From: Solirubrobacteraceae bacterium | GTDB taxonomy: Bacteria; Actinomycetota; Thermoleophilia; Solirubrobacterales; Solirubrobacteraceae | Direction: 5' to 3' | Length of the DNA: 64,000 nt | NCBI GenBank assembly: GCA_035551795.1 | Contig: DASZMP010000088.1 | Location: 350 to 64,349 of the forward strand | Shown: positions 13,689-24,214 of the stretch, in pieces | Numbering within the stretch: position 1 is the stretch's first letter | Layout: each line of letters opens with the position of its first letter | Program-made: the position numbers and the translations under genes | The notes under the pieces: generated by a model | Databases searched by the model: none | What the model was told of the DNA's origin: nothing | Seen by the model: only the letters and a program-made list of their open reading frames with translations

Positions 13689-13782
13689 CCGGTTGGCAGG
13701 ACGACCGCCCTGTCCTCCTCAGATCACGCGTGAGCCACTGAGCCCGGAGGCCCCGGTCCCGGGCTCAGATCCGTCTGGAGGC

Positions 13783-14535
13783 TCAGGTCTGACAGGTCGG
13801 GCACCAGTACGTCGTGCGACCACCGATTCGGGCGCGCCGCAACGGTGCCCCGCACCGCGGGCAGCGGCCATCCGGTTCGCGAGCGGGGATGAGGGCGCCG
13901 GTGTGGACGCCTCCTCGGCGGATGGCGTCGCGCACGGCGGAGCGGATTTCCCGACGTAGGCGGTCGAGTTCATCGATCGACAGGCTGCCGGCTGGCCGCT
14001 CGGGCGAGATCCGGGCCTGCCACAGAGCCTGGTCGGCCAGCAGGTTGCCGACTCCGGCGATGGCGCCCTGGTGGAGGAGGCGGGCCTTGGCCGGCGCCCG
14101 GCCTGCCCCGATCACGCGCCGGAACGTGTCGCGATCCACGACCGCCGCGTCGGGACCCACATGGCTGAAGTCGGGATTCAGCATGGCCCGGCTCAGGCGC
14201 CGCTTGTCGCGCAGAGCGAACCGGCTCCCGTCGTCCAGATCGATCGCGAAGCGATCGTGGAGTGGGTGGCGGTCGACGTCGTCGAGCACGATCCGCCCGG
14301 CCATACCGAGGTGCAATCCGAGGCTCGGTCCCTCTCCCCCATCCGTCTCCAGCCACAGGAACTTCCCTCGCCGGTGCGCGCTGGTCAGCCGATGGCCGGC
14401 GAGAGCGTCGTGCAGCTCGCCTGGCTGATGAGGCCGGCACACGTACGTGTCACCGTCGTGCACGCGGGTGACCGTCCGGCCGAGAACCGTCTCCAGCGTC
14501 TGGCGGGCACGCTCGGCTTCCGGGAGCTCTGGCAC
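13783..14535 (-). CDS. Fpg/Nei family DNA glycosylase
   Basis: N-terminal PELPE, RRGKFL, HLGMAG, H2TH motif AGVGNLLAD, C-terminal CPRC...CPTC zinc finger. Confidence 0.9.
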   Translation of the reverse strand: MPELPEAERARQTLETVLGRTVTRVHDGDTYVCRPHQPGELHDALAGHRLTSAHRRGKFLWLETDGGEGPSLGLHLGMAGRIVLDDVDRHPLHDRFAIDLDDGSRFALRDKRRLSRAMLNPDFSHVGPDAAVVDRDTFRRVIGAGRAPAKARLLHQGAIAGVGNLLADQALWQARISPERPAGSLSIDELDRLRREIRSAVRDAIRRGGVHTGALIPAREPDGRCPRCGAPLRRARIGGRTTYWCPTCQT

Positions 14536-14544
14536 CCGCTCAGG

Positions 14545-15381
14545 CTAGACGCGCCGCGCCCAGTCCACGATCAGGTCGGGCCGCTGCTCGGGGATCCAGT
14601 GGCCGACGCCGGGCACGACCTCCACGGACAGGTTGGGCTGGCGGGGGACGGGTCCGGGTCTTAGACCGGTCGTCACCAGATCCCGGGCACCCGCGAGCAG
14701 GCGCGTGGGCACCCCCAGGCGCTTCCCGGCGAAGCGTCCGCGGGCGGCTGCCGGAAGGTCCCGGGTGAGAAACGACCGGTACATGGCGACGGTGGTGGCA
14801 GGCGGGGTGCGCGAAGCGAACCGCTCCACGTCCTCCGCACCCAGCCGGTCGGCGCCCCGCCCCGCCTGGAGCAGACGCCGCAGCAGAGGGTCCGATACCC
14901 GAGGCCCGATCACGGGCAGGCTGAGCGGCCCCTGGTAGGCCAACAGGACGGCCAGAAGACGCGGATCCCGAGGGGTCCAGGGGTGTGGGATCGACAGGGC
15001 GAGCATGCGCTCGATTCGCTCCGGCGAGCGCAGCGCAGCCAGGAAGCCCGAATAGGCACCCCAGTCGTGGCCGATCCAGGTGACCTTGTCCAGCCCCATG
15101 GCGTCGAGAAGGGCCAGGAGGTCGCCGGTCAGCTGCTCCTTCTCGTATCCGCCGGCCGTCCGCTCCGTCCAGCCGTGGCCCCGGAGATCGACCGCGATGA
15201 CCCTGTGGTTCTCGGCCAGCGGGCCGAGAACCTTGCGCCAGCACCACCAGTGCTGCGGCCAGCCGTGCACCAGCAGCACCGGCGGAGCGGCGTCGGCGCC
15301 GGCCAGGGCGACGTGCATGCGCAGGCCGCCGGCATCGAGGTAGTCGTGACGCACGCCGGCGAGTTCGGGGAGCACGCTCAT
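14545..15381 (-). CDS. Alpha/beta hydrolase (epoxide hydrolase-like)
   Basis: VHGWPQHWWCW, DLRGHG, GHDWG nucleophile elbow, GHWIPEQ. Confidence 0.85.
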   Translation of the reverse strand: MSVLPELAGVRHDYLDAGGLRMHVALAGADAAPPVLLVHGWPQHWWCWRKVLGPLAENHRVIAVDLRGHGWTERTAGGYEKEQLTGDLLALLDAMGLDKVTWIGHDWGAYSGFLAALRSPERIERMLALSIPHPWTPRDPRLLAVLLAYQGPLSLPVIGPRVSDPLLRRLLQAGRGADRLGAEDVERFASRTPPATTVAMYRSFLTRDLPAAARGRFAGKRLGVPTRLLAGARDLVTTGLRPGPVPRQPNLSVEVVPGVGHWIPEQRPDLIVDWARRV

Positions 15382-15438
15382 GGGTAGCGCTCAAGCTACC
15401 CGTCCCAGTCCGAACCTGGGCACCCCACCGCTTCGAAG

Positions 15439-16956
15439 ATGTCATCATCGAGCACCTTGGTCCTGGGCAACGAAGAGAACATCGCCTATCCGGCGGTGGG
15501 ATTGCGGCGGCGCCGCGGGCACGAGGAGCGGATTCCGCCACACGTGGTGGTGCTGTTCGGGGCCACCGGGGATCTCGCCCAGCGCAAGCTGCTGCCCGGC
15601 CTGGCCCGGCTGGTGGAGTCACGCCTGGCGCCTGAGCTGCGGGTGGTTGGCACATCGCTGGACGAGAAGGACGACGATTCGTTTCGCGACTTCGCCCGCC
15701 AGGCCATCCACGAGTACGCCTCGGGAAAGGTGACCGACGAGCAGATCGACGAGTTCGTCGAGCGCCTGACTTACGTGTGCCAGTCCGAGGGACCCGAGGG
15801 TCTGGCCACCTGTGTACAGCAGGCCGAGCAGGCGCTGGGCGGCGACGTTTGGCGGCTGCACTATCTGAGCGTGCCCCCCCGCGCCGCGCTGGCGGTGGTC
15901 AATACGCTGGATGAAGCTGGGCTGGTCGAGCGGTCGCGCGTGATCATGGAGAAGCCGTTCGGCAAGGATCTGGAGAGCGCGATCCAGCTCAACAACCGGC
16001 TCCACGAGACCTTCTCCGAGGAGCAGATCTTCCGGATTGATCATTTCCTGGGCAAGGAGCCGGCGCTGAACATCCTTGCCTTCCGGTTCGCCAACGGGTT
16101 GTTCGAGCCGATCTGGAGCCGGAACTTCATCGACCACGTGCAGATCGACATCCCCGAGACCCTCGGGCTGGAGACGCGCGTCGACTTCTACGAGTCGACG
16201 GGGGCGTTCCGGGACATGGTGATCACCCACCTCCTCCAGGTGCTGGCGTTCGTCGCGATCGAGCCGCCCACCGCGCTGGAGCCGTTCGCGATCAGCGAGG
16301 AGAAGAACAAGGTGTTCCGCTCGCTGCAGCCGATCGATCCGGCGAACGTGGTGCGGGGCCAGTACGAGGGCTACCGCGAGGAGCATGGTGTTCACCACCA
16401 GTCGGACACCGAGACGTTCATCGCTCTGAAGTGCGAGGTCGACAACTGGCGCTGGGCAGGGGTGCCGTTCTACCTGCGTACCGGCAAGAAGATGGCTGAG
16501 GGGCAGCGGATCGTGTCGATCGCCTTCCGCGAGGCGCCCAAGAGCATGTTCCCGACCGGGTCGGGTCTCGGCACCGCGGGACCGGATCACCTCACCTTCG
16601 ACCTGGCCGACGTCTCCCGCGTGTCCCTCTCGTTCTACGGGAAGCGCCCCGGTCCGGGCATGCGGCTCGAGAAGCTGAGCATGCAATTCGCCACCAGCGA
16701 CACCGAGGAGGTGGGCGACATCCTCGAGGCCTACGAGCGACTCCTGCTCGACGCCATGCACGGCGACCACACGCTGTTCACGACGGCCGAAGGCATCGAG
16801 AGCCTGTGGGAGAAGGCGGCGCCGCTGCTGGACGATCCACCCGCCGTCAAGCCCTATGCACCCGGATCGTGGGGCCCCAACGCCATCCATCAGCTCGTGG
16901 CGCCCAATACCTGGCGCCTGCCGTTCGAGCGCGGCTGGCGCGAGCGCCGTCACTAG
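15439..16956 (+). CDS. zwf: Glucose-6-phosphate 1-dehydrogenase
   Basis: [42 protein letters not shown]. Confidence 0.95.
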   Translation: MSSSSTLVLGNEENIAYPAVGLRRRRGHEERIPPHVVVLFGATGDLAQRKLLPGLARLVESRLAPELRVVGTSLDEKDDDSFRDFARQAIHEYASGKVTDEQIDEFVERLTYVCQSEGPEGLATCVQQAEQALGGDVWRLHYLSVPPRAALAVVNTLDEAGLVERSRVIMEKPFGKDLESAIQLNNRLHETFSEEQIFRIDHFLGKEPALNILAFRFANGLFEPIWSRNFIDHVQIDIPETLGLETRVDFYESTGAFRDMVITHLLQVLAFVAIEPPTALEPFAISEEKNKVFRSLQPIDPANVVRGQYEGYREEHGVHHQSDTETFIALKCEVDNWRWAGVPFYLRTGKKMAEGQRIVSIAFREAPKSMFPTGSGLGTAGPDHLTFDLADVSRVSLSFYGKRPGPGMRLEKLSMQFATSDTEEVGDILEAYERLLLDAMHGDHTLFTTAEGIESLWEKAAPLLDDPPAVKPYAPGSWGPNAIHQLVAPNTWRLPFERGWRERRH

Positions 16957-16961
16957 CCGTC

Positions 16962-17744
16962 GTGGGGGCGCTGTCGGGGCAGGTGGCGCTCGTGACCGGG
17001 GCCGGCAGTCCAACCGGGATCGGACATGCCGTGGCCGCGCGGCTGGGCCGGTTGGGTGCCCGCGTGGCGGTGACCTCGACCACCGAACGGATCCTCGACC
17101 GGGCGGCTGATCTGGGCCGGGCCGGAATCGAGGCCTGGGGTGGGATCGCCGACCTGACCGACCGAGGCGCCGTCGGGGAGCTGGTGGCCGGCGTCCATGA
17201 GCGATTCGGACCGGTCGGCATCCTGGTCAACAACGCGGGGATGACGCAGTCCGGCGCACCAGAACCTTCCGGCATACCGTTCACCGAGATGACCGGCGAG
17301 GTCTGGGATCGCCAACTGGCCATCTCGCTGACCACAGCGTTCAACGCCACGCACGCGGTGGTCACCGACATGCTCGGGGAGGGCCATGGGCGGATCCTCT
17401 TCGTCTCTTCGGTGACCGGGCCCGTCGCCTCATTCGCCGGCCAGAGCGCCTACGCCGCGGCCAAAGCGGGCCTGGACGGCCTGATGCGGACGCTGGCCGT
17501 GGAGCTGGGACCGATGGGGATCACCGCAAACTCGGTCGCGCCAGGCTGGATTGCCACCGGCTCAAGCGAACCGCACGAGCAGCGAGCCGCCGAGTTCACG
17601 CCGGTGGGCCGCCCGGGTACGCCGGACGAGGTGGCCGCGCTGGTCGCCTTCCTGGCCGGACCGGACGCCGGCTACGTCAATGGTCAGTCGCTGGTGGTGG
17701 ACGGGGGAAACATCGTGCAGGAGGATCACGCCCACGGGCGGTGA
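16962..17744 (+). CDS. SDR family oxidoreductase
   Basis: TGAGSPTGIG, NNAG, YAAAK. Start taken at the GTG after the zwf stop. Confidence 0.85.
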   Translation: MGALSGQVALVTGAGSPTGIGHAVAARLGRLGARVAVTSTTERILDRAADLGRAGIEAWGGIADLTDRGAVGELVAGVHERFGPVGILVNNAGMTQSGAPEPSGIPFTEMTGEVWDRQLAISLTTAFNATHAVVTDMLGEGHGRILFVSSVTGPVASFAGQSAYAAAKAGLDGLMRTLAVELGPMGITANSVAPGWIATGSSEPHEQRAAEFTPVGRPGTPDEVAALVAFLAGPDAGYVNGQSLVVDGGNIVQEDHAHGR

Positions 17745-17867
17745 CGCGCGGCGCCCCGGACGGCCGCGGCGATCAGCATCCCCTCGAGCCAGCCGGCCGC
17801 GGTGGCCGGATAACGCCTGCGGCGCAGGCCAAGGAGGACTCCGGTGGCGATGTGGCCGCTGGCAGCA

Positions 17868-18647
17868 TCAGACCCCGATCACGCCGGCGATCCACTCGGC
17901 CGCCTGGCTGACCATCCCGACCCCGACATCGAATGACTCCTCACCGGGCGGCGGTACGGCCACGAAGCTGACCGCGGTGGCGCCGTCACGAAACACCACG
18001 CCGCTCTGCCGGACCAGACAGGTTCCGTCTGCCTCGGGCCCCCAGCCTCCCTTGAAGGCCACCGGCTCGCGCAACCTCCCGAGGCCCCACCGCTGCTCAG
18101 GGATGACCTGCGCCATCAGGTCGAGCACGTAACGGGTGTCCGCTGCGCTCAGGAGCCGGCCGCCGGCCAGGGCAGCGAAGAACCTGACCGAGTCTGCCGC
18201 TCTCCACCCCACCTGACCGAACGGGGTGATGGCTCCGGGCGGCGGTGGAGCCAGGGTCACGGCCGTGCGGTCATCGTTGCTCAACCGGAACAAACGCTCC
18301 AGCACGCCGGCTGCCCCAGTCGAGCCTCCAGCCAGCCCCTCCAGGAGCACGAACAGCTCGAGGATCGCCGAATTATCGGACTCGGTGATGGCGAGTCTGG
18401 CCAGCTCGCGGTGCTCAGGCGTCAACGCCTCCCGGTGCACCAGCGTCAGGAGCGCGACCAGGATCGGCACCTTGATCGTGCTCCAGGCGTGGAACGGGCG
18501 GTCCTCCCCGAGCACCAGCGCGCCCCGATCCGGCCAGGGCGCGACGGCAACCACGAGCTCGCCCGGGAGTCCTGAAGCGAGGCGGGCGAACGCCTCCCAC
18601 ACGTTTTCTTCCTCCGCAACCACCCGCTCCCGAGCGTACGCTTGCAC
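17868..18647 (-). CDS. Serine hydrolase of class A beta-lactamase-like fold
   Basis: STIK (SxxK), SDN and KGG motifs. No obvious signal peptide; start uncertain. Confidence 0.75.
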   Translation of the reverse strand: MQAYARERVVAEEENVWEAFARLASGLPGELVVAVAPWPDRGALVLGEDRPFHAWSTIKVPILVALLTLVHREALTPEHRELARLAITESDNSAILELFVLLEGLAGGSTGAAGVLERLFRLSNDDRTAVTLAPPPPGAITPFGQVGWRAADSVRFFAALAGGRLLSAADTRYVLDLMAQVIPEQRWGLGRLREPVAFKGGWGPEADGTCLVRQSGVVFRDGATAVSFVAVPPPGEESFDVGVGMVSQAAEWIAGVIGV

Positions 18648-18649
18648 AC

Positions 18650-21232
18650 GTGACGAGGGCTGTTACGCCACCGGTGGGGACGATCGCACTGCTGTTCACC
18701 GATATCGAGGGTTCCACCGAGCTGGCCCGCCGGGCGGGCGGGGACTGGGCGCAGGTGCTGGTGATTCACCACCGGCTGGTCGGCGGGGCGATCGACGACG
18801 AGGGCGGCTGGGTGGAGGGCACCGAGGGCGACGCGTTCTTCGCCACCTTCGACGACCCCGGGGCCGCGGCGCGGGCCGCCATGACGGCACAGCGCGCCCT
18901 CCGGGACCACGAGTGGCCGGCCGGTGCCGGCCAGCTCAGGGTGCGGATGGGCCTGCATGTCGGCTACGTGGAGCGCAACGCACTCGGTTACGTGGGGCTG
19001 GAGGTGCATCGCGCGGCGCGCATCGCGTCCGCCGCGCATGGTGGTCAGCTGCTGCTGAGCGCGCCCGCCCGATCGCACCTGGCCGAGACCGTCCCCACCG
19101 AATCACTGGGGTCGCACCGGCTCAAGGACTTCCCCCAGCCCGAGCATCTGTACTGCGCGGTCATCGATGGCCGGGGCGCCTCGGCGTTTCCCCCACCGCG
19201 GGTGCAGACGGCCCGGCCCAACAACCTGCCCGCCGGCACACTGGTGCTGGTCGGCCGCGATGCCGAGCTTGACCAGATCACCGAGGCGCTGCAGGTCCAG
19301 CGCGAGCGCCTGGTCACGCTCACCGGCCGAAGCGGCTCAGGAAAGACCGCGCTGGCCATGACCGCATCGCGGCAGCTGCTGGACAGCTTCGAGGGAGGGG
19401 TATGGCTGGTCGACCTGACGACCGTGACCGAGGCCTCCGAGGTGATGGCCAGCGTCGCTGCGGCCGTGGGCGCTCGTACGGATACCGATGCCTCGGCCCT
19501 CGACGCGGTGACGAATCTCCTCCGAGATCGTGGACACACGCTTCTGTTCGTGGACAACCTCGAGCACGTGCTGGAGGCAGCGGCTGAGCTGGCCGCCCTG
19601 CAGGACGCACTGCCCGAGCTGCAGATCCTGGCCACCTCACAGGCACCCCTTCGGCTGGCCGAGGAGCTGTGTCTACCGGTCGACTCGCTCGGGGACGGCG
19701 CCGCCCTCGGGCTCGTGGAGCGGGTCACCCGGCGGCGCAATCCGGCCATCCGAATCGATGAGCACAACCGCGAGGCTGTGCTCGAGATGATCCACCTTCT
19801 CGACGGCCTGCCCCTGGCCCTGGAGCTGGCCGCCGCGCGGCTGGCTCTGCTCAGTCCTCAACAACTGCTTGACCGGATCAAGAGCTCGCCGGACATGCTC
19901 CGCGATGATCGTTCGGACCGCCCTGACCGGCATCGCTCCCTTCAGGCGACGGTGGATTGGAGCCTCAGCCTGCTTGATGAATCGTCGCGCGCGCTGTTCA
20001 CCCGGCTGGGAGCGTTTGCCGGCCCGGTCGAGGTCGAGGATCTGGAAGCCGTGTGCGGGCGCGACGGCCTGGACGTGCTGGAGTCGCTGTTTCGTCTGTT
20101 GGAGATGGCCCTGGTCCGACGGGTGGAATCGGGCGACGGGCGCATCCGCTTCGGGCTGCCGGAGGGACTGCGCCAGATCGCCGCCCGTCAGCTGGATGCA
20201 CAGCCCGAGGGCACTCAGTGGCGCCGCGCCCACTCCGAGCGCCAGCTGGAGATCGTCTGGCCGGCCCGGTACATATTCACCACCCGGGCCAAGTTCCAGG
20301 CGGCCGTCGACGCCACCGTCGAGCGGACGGCCGCGATGCGGTGGGCCCGAGACGCGGGAGATCCGATCTTCCGTCAGATTGCCGCGTCACACGCCATGGT
20401 GGCATCGGACCGGGGGCATGTTCGGGAGGCTGTCTCGACGGTCGAGCTGGTCTCGGCCGAACCGAGCTCCGATCCCGCCCAGCGGTCGCTGGAACTGGTG
20501 GCGCTCGCCTGGGCGCGCTTCGCCGCCGCGCAGATCGACGAGGCGATCGAGGCGGCCGTCCAGGCCGCTGCGCTGGCCCCCTCGGCGCAGGCGCGCTCCT
20601 ACGCGAAGGGAATCCGGGGGACGATCCTGGTGATACGCGGGCGCGATCTCGCGGGGGGCATGCGCGACACCGACGAGGCCGTCCGGCTGGCCGATCCCGC
20701 CGACGAGCCCTACCTGACCGGAGCGCTGGTGCTAAACGCCCAGGCGCATCTGGCCAACAACGATTTCGACGGCGCCAGTCGACTCCTGGAGGAGGCCGAC
20801 CGCTTGGCTGCGCGCTCCGACGCAGACTTCATCTGGCGCAGATACACGTTGCTGGGTGACACGGCGGCCATGCAGGGCCGCTTCGGCGAGGCCCTCGAGT
20901 ACTACGCCCAGTCGCTGGAGGAGGCCGAGCGACGCGGGCATGCCATGCAGATCCTGTTCGACCTGATCGGGACCGCGCTGGCCCTCGCCTCATCTGGCCA
21001 GGACAGCGAGGCCATGGAGGTTGCGGCGATGGCCGAGCGTCACGCGGCCGAAATCGGCGGTCGTGCGGGGAGGGCGTTCCACATGCTCAGCGGCGCACCG
21101 CTTGAACGCGCCGAGCAGCGACTTGGTCCCGAGGGGCTGGCCGAGGCGACCCGGCGCGGCGAGCAGGTGCCCGCCGCTCAGCGGGTCACTCGCACCTGCG
21201 AGCTGTGCCGGAAGCCGGTGCTCAGCAGCTGA
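18650..21232 (+). CDS. Class III adenylate/guanylate cyclase + STAND (NB-ARC-like) ATPase + TPR-like protein
   Basis: LFTDIEGST, EGDAFF, RVRMGLH, VHRAARI; P-loop GRSGSGKT; LFVDNLEH; LDGLPLALELAA; helical C-terminus. Confidence 0.85.
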   Translation: MTRAVTPPVGTIALLFTDIEGSTELARRAGGDWAQVLVIHHRLVGGAIDDEGGWVEGTEGDAFFATFDDPGAAARAAMTAQRALRDHEWPAGAGQLRVRMGLHVGYVERNALGYVGLEVHRAARIASAAHGGQLLLSAPARSHLAETVPTESLGSHRLKDFPQPEHLYCAVIDGRGASAFPPPRVQTARPNNLPAGTLVLVGRDAELDQITEALQVQRERLVTLTGRSGSGKTALAMTASRQLLDSFEGGVWLVDLTTVTEASEVMASVAAAVGARTDTDASALDAVTNLLRDRGHTLLFVDNLEHVLEAAAELAALQDALPELQILATSQAPLRLAEELCLPVDSLGDGAALGLVERVTRRRNPAIRIDEHNREAVLEMIHLLDGLPLALELAAARLALLSPQQLLDRIKSSPDMLRDDRSDRPDRHRSLQATVDWSLSLLDESSRALFTRLGAFAGPVEVEDLEAVCGRDGLDVLESLFRLLEMALVRRVESGDGRIRFGLPEGLRQIAARQLDAQPEGTQWRRAHSERQLEIVWPARYIFTTRAKFQAAVDATVERTAAMRWARDAGDPIFRQIAASHAMVASDRGHVREAVSTVELVSAEPSSDPAQRSLELVALAWARFAAAQIDEAIEAAVQAAALAPSAQARSYAKGIRGTILVIRGRDLAGGMRDTDEAVRLADPADEPYLTGALVLNAQAHLANNDFDGASRLLEEADRLAARSDADFIWRRYTLLGDTAAMQGRFGEALEYYAQSLEEAERRGHAMQILFDLIGTALALASSGQDSEAMEVAAMAERHAAEIGGRAGRAFHMLSGAPLERAEQRLGPEGLAEATRRGEQVPAAQRVTRTCELCRKPVLSS

Positions 21233-21264
21233 CGATCAGAATCGCGTACCCAACGGGCTGACGA

Positions 21265-22296
21265 TCAAGTGGTCAGGACGACCTTGGTCGCCTCCCGAGC
21301 GTCGAACGCCCGGTAGGCGTCGGCCGCCTGCTCCAGCGGCAGGGTGTCACTGATCACCTGAGAGGGATTCAGCACACCGTCCTCGATCATCGCCAGCAGG
21401 CGCTCGCGGTCGCGGCCCGGGTTGCCGATCGCGAAGCTGAGGCTGATCTCCTTCTCGAACATCAGGCCGTTGTTGAGAGGGAAGTCGGGCTCGAAGTGCG
21501 CCCCCACCACGGAGACGATGCCCTGGGGCCGAACCAGGCTGAGCGCACCACTCAGCGCGGCGGGCGATCCCGAGGCCTCGATCACCGCGTCCGCGCCAAT
21601 GGCGCCGGTGGCCGCGCTCACCGCCTCGGCGGCGCCGGCCGGATCCACGGCCAGGGCGCCGATTCGCTCGGCAAGCGCGCGCCGCGCGGCGATCCCGTCC
21701 ACCGCGATCACCTTTCTCGCCGGCGCCACCGCGCACAGGACGGCCATGAGTCCGACCGGGCCGCAGCCGAGCACGACCACGACGTCGCCCACGCCGACCT
21801 CCGCCCGCTGCACGGCGACGAATCCCGTGGGCAGGATGTCGGCCACGAACACGGCGTCCTCGTTGGACACCGAGTCGGGGATGGGCCACAGGCAGCGGTC
21901 GGCGCGAGGAATCCGCACCAGATCTGCCTGTCCCCCCTCGAGGCGGGGATAGACGCCCGAATACCCGAACAGGGACCGTGACTCGCACTGAGTGGGCCGG
22001 CCGGCCCGGCAGTGCGCGCATGTGCCGTCGGACGTCATGCTCGTGTTGACCACGCGCTGCCCGGGCCGCAGTCCGCCGAGTGCGTCGCCGGCCGTCTCCA
22101 CCACCCCGACGAACTCGTGTCCCAGCGTGGTCCCCAGCTCAAACCCCGGCGTGTAGCCGTGATAGGGCAGCAGGTCGGCGCCGCAGATCGCCGTGTGCGT
22201 GACCCGCACTACGGCGTCGGTATCGGCCCGGAGCTGCGGGCTGTCGACCTCCTGCACCTCGACGGCCTCATTTCCCACCAGTTTCACGGCTCTCAT
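21265..22296 (-). CDS. Zinc-dependent alcohol dehydrogenase (MDR)
   Basis: AICGADL, LGHEFVG, ADILPTG, GCGPVG. Last gene of the B6 operon (ATGA overlap). Confidence 0.9.
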   Translation of the reverse strand: MRAVKLVGNEAVEVQEVDSPQLRADTDAVVRVTHTAICGADLLPYHGYTPGFELGTTLGHEFVGVVETAGDALGGLRPGQRVVNTSMTSDGTCAHCRAGRPTQCESRSLFGYSGVYPRLEGGQADLVRIPRADRCLWPIPDSVSNEDAVFVADILPTGFVAVQRAEVGVGDVVVVLGCGPVGLMAVLCAVAPARKVIAVDGIAARRALAERIGALAVDPAGAAEAVSAATGAIGADAVIEASGSPAALSGALSLVRPQGIVSVVGAHFEPDFPLNNGLMFEKEISLSFAIGNPGRDRERLLAMIEDGVLNPSQVISDTLPLEQAADAYRAFDAREATKVVLTT

Positions 22297-22691
22297 GCCG
22301 GTTCCTCCAGTTCGATCAGGTTGCGGTCCGGGTCCAGCGCGAAGCACCGGTGACCTCCCCAGGGCGGCGAGAACGGCTCGGCCAGGAACTCCACGCCCTG
22401 AGCGGTGAGCTGCCGGTAGGCGGCTAGGCAGTCGCTGACTTCGAGAACCAGGATGGCGGCCAGCCGGCTCGGGTCGGCCGGCGCTCTCATCAGCACTCCC
22501 GGCCGGTCGTCCGCCTCGTGTCCCTGTTCGGCCAGCGACAGCCGTGTGCCCGCCCGGACCAGCGTGGCGTACGGCGGGTCCTCATACTCGGCCTCGACCT
22601 CGAACCCGAGCTCGTCCCTGTAGAACTCGACTGAGCGCCGAAAGTCGGCGACGGCCAGGATCGCCCCGGCGCGCGTGACCTCGAGCGCCAT
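22293..22691 (-). CDS. VOC/glyoxalase family protein
   Basis: FYRDELGF, PPWGG, DPDRNLIEL. Confidence 0.85.
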   Translation of the reverse strand: MALEVTRAGAILAVADFRRSVEFYRDELGFEVEAEYEDPPYATLVRAGTRLSLAEQGHEADDRPGVLMRAPADPSRLAAILVLEVSDCLAAYRQLTAQGVEFLAEPFSPPWGGHRCFALDPDRNLIELEEPA

Positions 22692-23422
22692 CAGTCGCGG
22701 ATGTGACCGGCGTCGACGACCATCACCTGCCCGGTCACCCAGCCGGATTCCTCGGAGGCCAGGAAGGACACCGCGGGCGCGATGTCCTGGGGCAGGCCGT
22801 GGCGGGGGATCGCCTGGAGCATCTGCACAAAGTCGAACGAGTCCTTGTGCGGGGTGGCCAGACAGCCCTCTGTTCGGGTGATGCCCGGGGCCACGGCGTT
22901 GGCCGTGATCCCGTACTTCCCCAGCTCAGTGGCCAGGGCCCGCGTCAGCCCGATGACTCCCCCCTTTGCCGCCAGATAAGGCCCCATGTTCGGGGTGCCG
23001 GCGTAGAACGCATTGGAGGCGATCTGGACGATCCGCCCGTAGCCGGCCTCCCGCATCGGCCGCTCGACCGCCCGGGACACCAGGTAGGCACCGTCCAGGT
23101 TGACCGACTGGATCTTGCGCCAGTAGGCGAAGTCGAGCTCATCCCAGGGGATGAACGGCACGATCGCCGCGGCGTTGACGAGCACGTCGACCTTCCCGAA
23201 GCGCTCCAGTGTCTCCGAGACCATCCGGTCGGCGTCCTGCTCGGAGGAGACGTCGACCTGGATGCCCAGGCCGTCCAGCTGGCCGGCCACCTCCTGCGCG
23301 CCGGCTCCGTTGAGGTCGGCGGCCGCAATCTGCGCGCCCTCCTCGTGCAGCTTCTCAGCGATCGCCCGGCCGATGCCCTGAGCGGCACCGGTCACGATCG
23401 CCACACGTCCCTCGAGCTTCAT
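22691..23422 (-). CDS. pldh: Pyridoxal 4-dehydrogenase-like SDR
   Basis: TGAAQGIG, IVPFIPWDELDFAYWRK, ASNAFYAGTPNMGPYLAAKGGVIGLTRALATELGKY, FVQMLQA closely match the Mesorhizobium loti pyridoxal 4-dehydrogenase as I recall it. Confidence 0.8.
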   Translation of the reverse strand: MKLEGRVAIVTGAAQGIGRAIAEKLHEEGAQIAAADLNGAGAQEVAGQLDGLGIQVDVSSEQDADRMVSETLERFGKVDVLVNAAAIVPFIPWDELDFAYWRKIQSVNLDGAYLVSRAVERPMREAGYGRIVQIASNAFYAGTPNMGPYLAAKGGVIGLTRALATELGKYGITANAVAPGITRTEGCLATPHKDSFDFVQMLQAIPRHGLPQDIAPAVSFLASEESGWVTGQVMVVDAGHIRD

Positions 23423-24213
23423 GCCCCACCTCCGGCGGCGGCCAGCGTACGGCCGCCGGTGAACGGCTCCGGAGCCAGCGCGTAGTTCTTGAAGACATTC
23501 ATGTCGTGCGAGAAGAGCAGCTCGGCACCCCACTCACGAACCAGGCGCCTGATCCGGCGGATCGACCGCACTCCGGCCACCGGGTCGTAGTGGAAGCCCG
23601 CCTGCTGATCGTTCTCGTAGGCCGGCACCGTGTAGGAGACGTCGGCCATGAACATCAGCGGCCGGGCCGCCCCCTCCACCTCCACCAGCAGGGAGTAGTG
23701 ACCCACGGTGTGGCCGGGTGTGTAGAACAGGTGGATCCCATCGGCGAACTCCACATCTCCTTCCAAGAGCTCAAACTTCGCTCCTGCCCGGTCCCAGCCC
23801 CGGTCGGCGTAGCCGAGGCGCTCGAACGGCTCGGGCGAGCGCGCCTCGGCGATCTCGTCGTGGTGCAGGTAGGTGGTGGCGTTGGTCAGGTACTGGTTGC
23901 CGCCACAGTGGTCGAAGTGCAGATGCGAGTTGATGATCCCGGTGACGTCCTCCGGCTTGAACCCGCATTTCTTCAGCTGCCCCGGGATCGTCTGCTCCGG
24001 TGTCTGCTCGGGCTGCTCGAAGGGCAGCACCTCGTTGACGACATCCAGGTCGTAGCCCGAGTCGAACATGAACAGCCCGTCGGGATGCTCGATCAGCGCG
24101 CTGTAGACGGGAAAGCGCACCGGGGTGCCGCAGCCCACGTTCCAGGTGATGTGCGACTGGTCGATGACCAGCGTGCCGCTGTCCAGCAGCCGCACCTTGG
24201 TTGCCTTCGCCAT
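23419..24213 (-). CDS. pdla: 4-pyridoxolactonase (metallo-beta-lactamase fold)
   Basis: VRFPVYSALIEH, VLPFEQP, QTIPG, NSHLHFDHCGGN, PFERLGY match the recalled M. loti 4-pyridoxolactonase. Confidence 0.8.
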   Translation of the reverse strand: MAKATKVRLLDSGTLVIDQSHITWNVGCGTPVRFPVYSALIEHPDGLFMFDSGYDLDVVNEVLPFEQPEQTPEQTIPGQLKKCGFKPEDVTGIINSHLHFDHCGGNQYLTNATTYLHHDEIAEARSPEPFERLGYADRGWDRAGAKFELLEGDVEFADGIHLFYTPGHTVGHYSLLVEVEGAARPLMFMADVSYTVPAYENDQQAGFHYDPVAGVRSIRRIRRLVREWGAELLFSHDMNVFKNYALAPEPFTGGRTLAAAGGGA

Positions 24214-24214
24214 C

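Noticed and set aside
17868..18647. Bona fide class A beta-lactamase resistance gene
   Set aside because: No signal peptide, KGG instead of KTG, and no clear omega-loop ExxLN; only the fold can be supported.
23419..24213. Quorum-quenching AHL lactonase
   Set aside because: Same fold, but the specific motifs and neighbours match 4-pyridoxolactonase.
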